A stretch of DNA of 64,000 nt from the NCBI GenBank assembly GCA_964016885.1, contig OZ024744.1:35340001-35404000 (forward strand), read 5' to 3'. The position numbers were made by a program, and so were the translations under genes. How positions within the stretch are numbered: the stretch's first letter is position 1; every line of letters starts with the position of its first letter. Below, one piece after another: positions 53,796 through 64,000 of the stretch. This stretch comes from Eledone cirrhosa. Lineage: Eukaryota. The notes under the pieces were generated by a model that made no database searches, was not told the DNA's origin, and saw only the letters and a list, made by a program, of their open reading frames with translations.

Positions 53796-55445
53796 TATTG
53801 TTGTTTAGCTTCAGGTCATTCCTCGTCCTGTCTTTTTTGTATATCTAGGACTACATTGTCAAATATATTCATATTTTTTTTATACGATAGGGTGTAATTC
53901 CAGGACGAATTGCCTACTATTTCAAGCTTTAACTAGTTGTCAATAATATGTGAGCAATAATCGAGGGTAGTTCACCAACCAACTGAATCTGCGAACCGGT
54001 TTTGATTTCTGATAGTATTTATTTCATTTCACCTTCGTCGGAAAGAGCTGCTGCATAAACCCCGAGTCTTTTTCTTTACTTTCGGTTTTGTAAGAAACAA
54101 TAATAGAGTTATTTATGCTGCGATGGCTGAGGTTGTAAATATAAACACCTGGTTAGCCGAACCGACCCTTTTCATTTACGTCGCTAATGGTCTTGAGTTA
54201 GATACGAACATAAAATAAAGTACCAGTTAAGTACTGAGGATCGGTTTAATATTTCCATAAAGCATCTTAAATGTGAATGAAATTATAATACAAGAAGAAA
54301 TACCACACTGTTTATTTAACAGTAGATTTCATGCAGAGATGAGACTAGCGATAATACGACAAATGAACTTATCGAACTCTCATAAATGTTTTGCAAGTGA
54401 TCGATCAAATAATCGTCATTTCGGATTCGAATCTGGCGGATTTATTTTATTTTATTATTTTTTTTTATTTCGCCTGCCTTCGTAAAATAAGAATCAGTCG
54501 TTGTTGTTTAGCTCGTGATCAACTGTGATCGAGTAAACATACCCCAAAGCTTTCCACCCTGTCTTTTCTTGTTACCATGCTGTCTTTCTTGGACTACGTA
54601 ATCAGACAATAAATATTATGTCAGAACTTTTGTTAAGTTACATTCCAAACAATCTGTGTGTATGCACCCTCTCCCATATATATATATACACACACGTTAT
54701 CCAACGTTTTTTCTCTTCCTTTTTAAAGCAATGTGGTGTAATTGGAAATTTAGGAGAGATATAGCAGCTGTTATTTCTAGCGGGTATAGCGACTACGGGT
54801 ATATTATAACTTACAACATTGCTCAATAAGAATCAGTTTTTACACTGAGGCCAGATGTCATATCGAAATGTCTTATGCCTGTTTATAAAAAAAGCCCTAT
54901 ATTTAACTAAAAATGATAAGATAAAACCCACATCCTTTCTCTGTCTTCTTATCCATCACTGTTATGGTAAATGTGAAAGAAACAATTGTATGTGCGTTGA
55001 AACTCGGTCGATTCCGACGACAATTGTTGCAGTTATTTCTCAATGGAACAATCTGCTAGTGAAATCAAGTGCAAGTGGTTGAGTATTCCACAGATACGTG
55101 TACCCTTAATGTAGTTTTCTAGGTGAATCGGCGTGACAAGGCTGGTTGGCCCTTTGAATTACAGGTTCAACTAGTTTTGTCCGCCCGAGTGAACTGAAAC
55201 AACAAATAAAGTGTCTCACTTAAGGATATAACATGCCAGAAATTGAACTCCCAGCCAAACGATCAACTGCCGAACATCCTAACCATTAAGCCACACGCCT
55301 TCACAAAGAAACAACATAAATGCTGCTCGGGTCAATTCAAATTTACCGTACAGCGCGCTCTTCGTCCTCGCTTTAGTAAATCTTCAGCTGTAACAAAAGT
55401 GAATGTGAAGCGCTAAACTTAAGCATCACCCGTTAATTTATGGCC

Positions 55446-55708
55446 TTAACCTTTCCATTACCATATTTCCAATGAAATACACCACCATTTTTATAGATGA
55501 TTTTTAAAATAACCAAACATTTACAGCGATTTAATAAAATAATCAAGTTTTTTTCTTTACTAAGCTGATATTTAGAAGATTGCTTATGAAATTTTTAAAA
55601 AATAAAATTATGAATAAGGTTTTTAAATAAGGAAAAACATTTTAAAATTGGCAGTTTTGTGTCATAAATCCAGTTTAGTTTCAAGCGGTTTGGTATCAAA
55701 GGGGTGAA
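55446..55708 (+). mobile_element. piggyBac-like MITE family 2
   Basis: TTAA-CCTTTCCATTACC ... GGTATCAAAGGGG-TGAA; internal similarity to the 59443 and 60157 copies. Confidence 0.55.
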
Positions 55709-56985
55709 AGTGGATTAGTAGAATTTAGTTGCGGCATTTTATGTTCTGAGTTCAAATCCCACCTAGGTCAACTTTGCTTTTCATCCATCCGAGGTCGATA
55801 AAATACGGTAGCAGTCAAGTATTGGGGTTGATTTAATCAACTTTTCCCCTCTCTTAATTCAGTGGCCTTGTGGCCAAAATAGAAATTATTGTTGTTGTGT
55901 AGGGAGTTGACAGAAATATCATGCTTTAAACATTTTTTTAGTTTTTACATTTAGTTTTTATATTTGTCTGTTCAAAAATCTCAATTAGATTTATTATATT
56001 CACCCTTAATTAGTTATTCCAAAGTTAATAAGATACTTGTCATACACTAGTGTTGATTAAATCGCCCTTTCCCTACCCTACAAAGATCTGTGTGTGTGTG
56101 TGTGTGTGTGTGTGGATATATGTGTCAATGAAGGAAATTCCCCTTGTTATTGTTATTGGTAATATTATTGTTTTTAATGCTCCTCTTGCTTTGTTTTTCT
56201 TTTGTATTTGAATGTTTTCACATTACATTACATTATATTGAATTGAATTGTACCAGTAATGCACTGGGTAATTGCTGGCCTTGTGCCAAAAAGTAGAAAC
56301 AATTATATTGAATTGCACTGTGTTATTATCGATATTAAAATCAATATTTGCCTTGTTAGAAATCGATATTATGATTATTGATTGTTATTGATGTTGCTCT
56401 TTGATGATCACGATGTTTATATTTATGATGTTGGTATAACTAATCGTGCCTATGTTTTTAATTGATTTTTATTTTAATTTAAAAAAAATATTGTTTTTGT
56501 TTTCAGCCTTTCCTTGTAATTTTTTATGTAATTTATTCTCTTTTATATTTTGGTGATAATGTTTTGAGAATATTTCGCTTTAGGTATATAGCAGAAATGA
56601 AAAAAAAAAAAAAAAAAATTTAAATGAATAGTAAAAAAAAAAAAAAAAAATTTAAATGAATAGTAAAAAAAAAAAAAAAAAAAAAAAGACAATAAATTAA
56701 AGCTGAATGAAACTTGTATGTTTCATCGGAACTTTGGGGAACTTAGGCAAGAGTTTTTCTTTTCTGGGACTGCAAACAATTTGGTGTAAGAGAGCAGGTC
56801 CATATCGTAAAAAAAAAAAACTCCAGTCATTCAGATAAAAGTTTTCATTAATATATAGTTCAGTTTATTGATTAAAAATAAAGAAGAAAATCCGAAAGTC
56901 AGGGAGACTGAGAAAGATTATATACTTTTCATTTTCTTTCCTTTTATCGTCTACCATTTTTATTTACCTAAAGCGAAACATCTAC

Positions 56986-57755
56986 TTATAATGTTTCAAT
57001 GATAATGTTTCAGTTATAATGTATTGATGATAATATTAGGACGAGAGCCACAGCTTCCGCAGCCGAGCGGAGTAAGACCATCAAATACTCTGATCTATCG
57101 GCCAGCTACATTTTTCAGCCTGTGGTTTTCGAGACTTTTGGGGGAGTCGGGCCGCTGACTGCGAGGTTCCTCTCTTCACTGTCGGCTCGCCTAATAGAGG
57201 TAACTGGCGAATCTCGCGAGGGCGCTTGGCTGTTTCAGCGCCTCTGTCTCGCCATCACCCGAGGCAACGCTGCGAGTGTGCTGGCTTGCTTCAAAAATCA
57301 TTAGAGGGTTGTCCACTACCCCTCGCTGCTGTCTTTTGCTCTGGTGTTGGCTCGGTTGTTCAGCCCTTCTTTTACATTTTCTTTAATATTGTAACATTAA
57401 AAGAATATTTCAATGATAATATTTCGATGATAATTGTTTCTACTTTAGGCACAAGGCCAGCATGATAATGTTTCGGTGATAATGTTTCAATGTAATGTTT
57501 CAATTATAATGTTTCGATGATAATACTTCGATGATAATGTTTCGATGATAACACTTCGATGATAATGTTTCAATGATAATGTTTTGATGATAATATTTCA
57601 ATGATAATATTTCAATTACATTGTTTCGATGATAATTGTTTCTACTTTTGGCACAAGGCCAGCAAATACCCAGTGCATTACTGGTACTTTATTTTATCGA
57701 CCCCGTCAGGATGAAAGGCAAAGTTAATATGATAATGTTTAATAATGATGTTTCA
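56986..57755. repeat. 14-bp minisatellite (GATAATGTTTC(A/G)AT) interrupted by a CRE fragment and two SINE 3' stubs
   Basis: Units visible at 56986-57037, 57403-57432, 57462-57635 and 57728-57755. Confidence 0.85.
57039..57400 (+). mobile_element. CRE-like RLE 3' fragment, 5'-truncated
   Basis: ASAAERSKTIKYSDLSASYIFQPVVFETFGGVG..GESREGAWLFQRLCLAITRGNAASVL*: canonical AE..K..KY / F.P...ET.G / QRL..AI.RGNA C-terminal pattern, followed by a short T-rich 3' UTR. Confidence 0.8.
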
Positions 57756-58004
57756 AAGATGGTTTGATGGTATTTTGACAGTCAGGCATCTTTATCATCA
57801 GCAATTCTTAACTCGGGAGAAATATTTTTCTCTCCGGAGGTGGGTTGGATGAAATTTCAGCATCCTAGAAGGGAAGGGGGATTCTAGTGTGGATATTGTT
57901 TTTAGGTTGAATATTTTTTAAAATCGTTATTTACATCTTTTTAAAGATATATTTGTATTAGTGATGTTATTAAAGATGTTAATCATCATACTCTTCATCA
58001 ACAT

Positions 58005-58730
58005 AATCATTATCATTGTTTAACGTCCACTTTTCCTGTTAGCAAGGGTTGGACCAAGTCATAGACCAAGTCAGTACCGAAGCAGGGCTACTGACAGGCT
58101 GGACGTCTGCATCTCACTTACGTATGGTCCCATGTTTTACCGAGTGCTCCAGCACAAGAGGGGTTGTCATGTCTTTGACACAACTGTAGGGTCCTCACAA
58201 CTCTTTGTTTGGCAAGCTTTCTATGGGTGGATGCCCTTCCTATCACCAACCACTTTACAAGGTGTACTGGGTGTGTTTATCATGTAAATCACCAACATTG
58301 GAGAGGTTGTCATACACAACTAAAGGGTAGTGATGGAGAGAATAGCTAAGGAGTAATAGTGGAAGGGGCATGGATGGAGTGGGTGGTGTAGTGATGGTGA
58401 GGACAGCTGCTAGGGAGTGTTAGTGGAAGGGAGACACAAGGGTAAGTCAGGTCACTTTGTATGCTGTTGGTTGGGTCTTCACCAGCAAAGCATAGTGCTA
58501 GTTCTCACGGTCCTTTGTCATCTGTGAGGTATCATTTTTTAAGGTTGGTCTTCACTACCTTGCCCCAAGTCTTCCTAGATCTACCTCTCCTATGGGTTCC
58601 AGCCATTGGGGTTTCTCAGCATTTTTTATGTAGCTGCTATCTTCCATATCCATACCAACACAGTCTTCTCTTTGCACACTACATCCGATTCCTCATATGC
58701 CAAGTTTTTCACTCAGTTTGCTGTAAATAT
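58005..58730 (-). mobile_element. old RTE 3' remnant (copy E)
   Basis: (ATC)-like tail, GTTTAACGTCCACTTTTCC, GGATGCCCTTCCTATCACCAACCACTTTACAAGGTGTACTGGGTG, then decayed ORF sequence (CCATACCAACACAGTCTTCTC corresponds to RRLxWYG). Confidence 0.7.
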
Positions 58731-58821
58731 ATAGCTGTTAATGTTATTTAATAAATTATGTTGTATACATTACTACTTTGTTTATCGTAAGTGGGGGGGG
58801 GGGGGGGGGGGGCTGGTGGAA

Positions 58822-59200
58822 ATCATCATCATTTAATATCCATTTTCCCTGCTAGCAAGGTTTGAACTGGTTATCACAGACATAGAACTTAATCAGAGTT
58901 ACTGACTTCAAAGATGGGCTTGGGGTTGCATCTCACTTACATATATTTCCTTACTCTACAGAGTGTATGGGCGAATTTTATTGTTGTATCAGCACTAGGG
59001 AACTTGTTATGCCTTTGACAATAGATAAATCCTTTCAGCCCTTTGTTTATCAAGATTACTATAACTGAATGCCCTTCCTATCATCAATCACTTTGCAAGA
59101 TGTACTTGGTGCATTTATTCATAGAGAGGATGTGTCCTGGACACAGATGGTTTCTGCTGCTGGATGTCCTTCTTATCACTAACATTTATACAAACATGCA
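58822..59200 (-). mobile_element. old RTE 3' UTR remnant (copy F)
   Basis: ATCATCATCATTTAATATCCATTTTCC..GCTAGCAAGG, ATGCCCTTCCTATC, and a satellite-1-like unit TACAGAGTGTATGGGCGAATTTTATTGTTGTATCAGCACTA near 58957. Confidence 0.55.
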
Positions 59201-59229
59201 CAAATGCATATATATCTATACATACACAT

Positions 59230-59278
<49 letters not shown>

Positions 59279-59442
59279 TACATATATGTGTGAGTGCTTA
59301 TGTTTTAATATAAAAAATATAAAAGTACTCAATACAACCTTATAGAAGAAGTTTGTAGAGTCTAAATGTGGTAATCAGGATATCAACCCATAGTTGATAT
59401 CAAAATCCATTCATCAGATCACAGACATCAGAAGAGTTTACC

Positions 59443-59866
59443 TTAACCCTTCCATTGCTATTATTTTGAAATAATTTTGAAAATAATCAAGAATTTGAAA
59501 GGTTTATAAAGTTGGTCTTTAATAATATGACTAACTTTATCATTATAAAGTTGGTCTTTAATAATATGACTAACTTTATCATTATAAAGTTGGTCTTTAA
59601 TAATATGACTAACTTTATCATTATTAAGTTGGTCTTTAATAATCTGACTAACTTTATCATTATTAAGTTGGTCTTTAATAATATGACTAACTTTATCATT
59701 ATAAAGTTGATCTTTAATAATATGACTAACTTTATCATTATAAAGTTGGTGTTTTACAGAGGTTCTTACAAAATAATTATGATGGATGGTTTTTTTTGAT
59801 AAATATAAATACATTAAAACAGTTTTGTACAATAGAACCTAAGTAGTTTGTTATCAAAAGAGTTGA
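59443..59866 (+). mobile_element. piggyBac-like MITE family 2 with an internal 39-bp tandem expansion
   Basis: TTAA-CCCTTCCATT ... TATCAAAAGAG-TTGA; contains 6 full copies plus a partial copy of ATAAAGTTGGTCTTTAATAATATGACTAACTTTATCATT (59506-59750). Confidence 0.65.
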
Positions 59867-59919
59867 AGAATTTGAGTAGTGTAGCAGTAGAGGAAAATTA
59901 ATTATGGCATTTCATTTGT

Positions 59920-60110
59920 GTTGTTATTTAGCCTTAGGTCAAATCTAATCGAGCAGACTTATGATCAAAGGTATTCCAGTTGTGACCACCTCATTTTTTT
60001 CCTATGTATAGCAAGCCAAAGACCACTTCATCTAACATGTTCTTTTCTCAAAATGGTAGAATTGGTAGAATGTGACTTGAGGGAGATTTGATTGGTTGGG
60101 CCTTCAAGGT
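59920..60110 (+). repeat. dispersed unclassified repeat family (TTGTTGTTTAGC..GATCGAGCAGAC.TATGATCAAAGG..TGACCA..GATTTGAGGGAGATTTGG)
   Basis: Related stretches at about 750-880, 47530-47705, 48305-48480, 50230-50420, 53100-53375 (-), 53797-53930 and 54500-54790. Confidence 0.5.
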
Positions 60111-60156
60111 GATACATTGCTTTTAATGCCACCTCTTTCAAATCGATGGTGCTCTA

Positions 60157-60404
60157 TTAACTCTTTTTTCACCATATTTCTTATGAAAGACACTGCCTAT
60201 AATTCTGAAAATAATCAAAAATTTGGAGTGATTTATATAACTAACTTTATCATTATCAAGCTGGTGTTTGAAATATAACTTAACGTAGATTCTAACATAA
60301 ATTATGATGGAAGGGATTTAGATAAATATAAACAGTTTAAAACAAACAGCTTTGTATCATAGAACCAGCAGCACTTTCAAGTGGTTTGGTATCAAAAGGA
60401 TTAA
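60157..60404 (+). mobile_element. piggyBac-like MITE family 2
   Basis: TTAA-CTCTTTT ... GGTATCAAAAGGA-TTAA; has a single copy of the motif that is expanded in 59443-59866. Confidence 0.6.
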
Positions 60405-60537
60405 AACTTGTTTATATAATATTTAATATTACTGTCGTACGTGTCTCAGGTTTTAGAATAGGTACACCACATGCATGGTGTAAAAGGTGATTAAAAGGAT
60501 TGATGTCAGAAAGAAAATCCAGCTATAAAACATTGTC

Positions 60538-60763
60538 TTAACCCTTTTAGCATTTAAACCATATCTGGCAAGAATTCTCTCACTTTATTCTGTTCAAACT
60601 GGCTGTAACCAACCTCCCATTCTGATGTTAAGGTATTGTTCTCAAAATAAATAACATCAAAATCTCAGAGAATCAATATTATGTGAGATAATTATGTGAT
60701 GTAAAGCTTTTACCATGAAAATATAATAGTAAATATAGAGTAATGTAAATGCTAAAGGGTTAA
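60538..60763. mobile_element. piggyBac-like MITE family 1
   Basis: TTAA-CCCTTTTTAGCATTTAAACC ... GTAAATGCTAAAGGG-TTAA. Confidence 0.75.
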
Positions 60764-61199
60764 AACATTCATTTCAGCCCATGCCAGCATAGCAAAGTGG
60801 AGATGAAAACGATGATGATGATGATGATATTATATTTCTTCCTTCATCTTCCAATTTTATAAATAAATCTTCAAGAGTGTGTTTCTTTCTGAATAGCAGT
60901 GAAAGAAGTGGTGGAGCTATTGTCTTGCTTGACCATGAATCTTGTATAGCTGGTTTGAAGTGTCTTCTGCAGTGAGGTTACATGATAAATGTCAGTTAAC
61001 TGTCAAGTGTTGTGTGACCGGCTTATGATTGTTGAGCGTCATTTAAAACGTCAAACGTTTATTCATTATTCTTTTCAGGCTTATGTATATATTCAATTAG
61101 TCAGACAGAAAAATAAATATATAGATAGATGGTTTCTGGTTGCACAAAAATATTTACATTTGGTTTTGTAAACCTGGTTACTGCACATATGTTCATATA

Positions 61200-61300
61200 C
61201 AGAGTGTCCCCCCAAAATGTATATACATTTTAACAGCATACTAATAAATATTGCCTGTACAGGTAATCAAAGTGTATATACATTTTTGGGGGACACTCTG
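61200..61300. mobile_element. Tc1/mariner-type MITE (101 bp)
   Basis: TA-CAGAGTGTCCCCCCAAAATGTATATACA ... TGTATATACATTTTTGGGGGACACTCTG-TA: inverted repeats of about 28-30 bp with TA on both sides. Confidence 0.8.
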
Positions 61301-61317
61301 TATATGCTAACGTATGT

Positions 61318-61318
<1 letters not shown>

Positions 61319-61403
<85 letters not shown>
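61319..61403. repeat. (CA)n microsatellite
   Basis: Directly visible; another at about 59232-59273. Confidence 0.95.
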
Positions 61404-61406
<3 letters not shown>

Positions 61407-61488
61407 TATGAAAATAGGGAACTGCTTTTCTTTCAAACATGTTATATAGAAAACAGGACTGGTTTTGAGTTTGATCTTTTTTATTCAG

Positions 61489-61552
61489 GATTTTTTGGCA
61501 TTTCCTTATTAGTTCCTTATGTTTGGTTTGCAATAATAGCTTTCCTAAATCC
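61489..61552 (+). CDS. candidate 64-nt internal exon encoding a hydrophobic segment (GFFGISLLVPYVWFAIIAFLNP)
   Basis: TCTTTTTTATTCAG| acceptor and |GTAAGA donor; phase-1 entry is compatible with the 49341-49428 exon. A second frame is also open, so the frame is not certain. Confidence 0.3.
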
Positions 61553-62144
61553 GTAAGACTATTAACATTTTAGGGACCTTCACAGCCCCATCTTTAGAAT
61601 ATGGTGGATTACACCTGTGGTGTATTACTCATATGCTTTGTTTGCTGTCATTGCAAAAGAAAAGAGAACTAGTAAAATCTTCTCTGCTAGATAAAAAAAA
61701 ATTTGATGGCTAAGGGCTGGTAGTTTTCATAGTTAATTTCATGTCTGCTGTTTTTGTGTGTGAAGGTACCAGCTTAGTGGTTAGAGTGTTAAGTTTACAA
61801 TCATGAGGATATTTATTTTGATTCTTGGACTGGGCAACATGTGTTCACGAGCAAAACACTTTATTTCACATTGCTTCAGTCGACTTAACTGGAAAAAATA
61901 AGTTGTTATGACCCTATTGTCAAACTGTATCAGTGTTTATCTTTCACTTGGACAACATTGGTGGCATTGAAAGGGGAGACTGACATACATGAGCGACTGC
62001 TGGTCTACTACAAAAACAGACAAACAAAACAAACAAACAAACAAACAAAACAAAATAAAAAGACTCAATTTTCCAAGGTTTGTGCTTTGAAGAGGAAATT
62101 TCCAAGGGCAAATCCATGGTCAGTCATGACCAAAGATGGGGGAT

Positions 62145-62312
62145 TTAACCCTTTAGTATTTACCTTACTCTATATTTACTATAATATTTCCATGGTAAAG
62201 GCTTTATCGCACATAATATCTATGTGATTTTGATGTTATATATTTTTGAGAACAATGCCATAATATCAGTATGAGCAGCCAGTTATGGCCAGTTTAAATG
62301 CTAAAGCATTAA
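62145..62312. mobile_element. piggyBac-like MITE family 1, internally deleted
   Basis: TTAA-CCCTTTAGTATTTAC ... GTTTAAATGCTAAAGCA-TTAA. Confidence 0.65.
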
Positions 62313-62340
62313 GTAATTTAACTTACTAGTTAAATTACTT

Positions 62341-62387
<47 letters not shown>

Positions 62388-62467
62388 GTGTGTTTCTGTG
62401 TGTGTGTATGTATATATATATATATATGTGTGTGTGTGTGGTGAGAATCAATAGAGAATTATATGCT

Positions 62468-62541
62468 CCCGTCTAACCCCTGCTCCCATCTAACCCATGC
62501 TAGCGTGGAAAATGGACGTTAAACGAAGATGATGATGATGA
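62468..62541 (+). mobile_element. RTE terminal stub with (GAT)n tail
   Basis: TCTAACCCATGCTAGCGTGGAAAATGGACGTTAAACGAA(GAT)n matches the last 45 nt or so of copy A; a similar stub lies at about 60778-60828. Confidence 0.7.
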
Positions 62542-62936
62542 GGAAAGGATTAAACTTACCTTAAACCTATAGTTATAATGTAACTTGTTCAGTCTAGTCT
62601 TCCCCACCATATAACTAATTTTGCTAACAAAAATGTAGAAAGAAGCAATATAAGTGTTGTCAGGTGCGTATAGGAGCATATAGAATATGTTTATATAGTT
62701 TATATATAATAGTATAATAAATATACATAAGCCTTGCCATGGGTGTTTTCATGTCACAGCTGTCTCAGAGATCTTGTGAAAGGATAATTTACTGTAGTAT
62801 ATAAGCTATCAACTTATTTGCCTCAGTACCAAGTGAGCAAACATTACTTATGACGTATTTAATAAATCCTGAAATACTACTGTATATGGCATTCTCACAT
62901 GGTTACTGAGGTTGCTGTGACATACATGATGACAAC

Positions 62937-63161
62937 TTAACCCTTTAGCATTTAAACCGGTTGTATCTGGCCAGAATTCTCTTACCTCTTTCTGTTCAAA
63001 CCATCTGTGGCTGCTTATATTTATGTTAAAGTATTGTTCTCAAAATAAATAATATCAAAATCTCATAGATTTGATATTATTTGAGATAATTATGTGAGGT
63101 AAATCCTTTACTGTGAAAATATAAGAGTAAATATAAAGTAATGTAAATGCTAAAGGGTTAA
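62937..63161. mobile_element. piggyBac-like MITE family 1
   Basis: TTAA-CCCTTTAGCATTTAAACC ... GTAAATGCTAAAGGG-TTAA. Confidence 0.8.
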
Positions 63162-63469
63162 AATACCCACAGCAAGACTTATATATGTTTATTATACCTA
63201 AACATATTGTATATGTTTCAATATAATCCTCTATTCTGAATTAGATAGGTGTCATTGTCAAAGCAAGACAGGAGTGGGTTATGAATGCTCATTATGAACT
63301 TCACCAATAACCTCACCTGTTCAGCGTACATCAGATAGCAGCATTTTAAACAATTTTATGTAGAACAATGACCTGCAATAGCTGTTATAAAGTTTTCTTG
63401 TTTTTACATTTCAACTTGGTCTGGTCCCGCTTATCTGATTTCAGTTTTTATTTTAAATCATTTATTGAA

Positions 63470-63630
63470 TGGCGGTGGGGTTAAGAGGTTTGTTTGTGCA
63501 AATTATATAGTTTTGAGTTCAATCTCACTGTGTAGTACTCTGGGCAAGTGTCTTCTATTGTAGCCACTGGTTTTCTAATGCCTTGTGAGTGAAATTTGAT
63601 AGACAGAAACTGTGCAGAAGCCCATTATAT
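63470..63630 (+). mobile_element. tRNA-derived SINE
   Basis: GGCGGTGGGGTTAAG (A-box-like), GAGTTCAATCTC (B-box-like), TGGGCAAGTGTCTTCTA..GCCTTGTGAGTGAAATTTG..GAAACTG..GAAGCCC, then (TA)n. Confidence 0.6.
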
Positions 63631-63643
63631 ATAAATATATATC

Positions 63644-63674
<31 letters not shown>

Positions 63675-64000
63675 AATATATATATACACAAAGTGTTAAA
63701 ACGATCAAATTTTAGTTTAGAACATTTATTTGCTGACAATTGTTTCTTCCAGAGGGAAGTCTGGAATCATCGGAGCATAGGGAATGTCGAAACATGTTAC
63801 TAAAATCCTAGTCATTTAGAACATTTAGGCTACATAATTGTTGTTAGTGTCAAAGGTAACATGTGGAGAGTCAGGAGTTAAAAAGATGTTCTGCTTGAAA
63901 GAACACAATTACAGGCAGCACTGGCTAGAAGTGTAATAGGTATAAGCGGAAATCACAAGAAAAAACATACAGGCAAAAAAGTTATAAATAAGGAAAAGTG

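Noticed and set aside
56597-56690. Poly-A duplication (TTTAAATGAATAGT twice) as a retrocopy tail
   Set aside because: No upstream processed-gene body or target-site duplication; simple slippage or homopolymer artefact.
63310-63385. Possible minus-strand exon (TTGCAG|...|GTGAGG)
   Set aside because: Stops in all three frames and a weak pyrimidine tract.

Overview
Repeat-dominated, AT-rich eukaryotic (animal) genomic DNA. The mix of (TA)n/(CA)n/(GAT)n microsatellites, RTE LINEs, tRNA-type SINEs and MITEs resembles cephalopod (Octopus-like) sequence; this is an inference from composition, not a database result. About 24 kb (2187-26407) is a 48-bp satellite of about 500 monomers with nested higher-order duplications. 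A second, distinct 48-bp satellite lies at 30078-32240. Both monomers align by eye to a 48-bp motif present 1-2 times in the 3' UTR of the RTE LINEs in the same window, so the satellites appear to have grown out of the LINE tail. The rest holds several 5'-truncated RTE copies, the four clearest flanked on both sides by (TA)n, three CRE-like restriction-endonuclease remnants, a Penelope GIY-YIG remnant, piggyBac- and Tc1/mariner-type MITEs, SINEs, a 58-bp-stem hairpin and a 2-kb (TA) tract. There are also a few candidate small exons of an unidentified + strand gene (49341-49428, 61489-61552, 63753-). No host gene can be named. Almost all entries in the ORF track are repeat artefacts.
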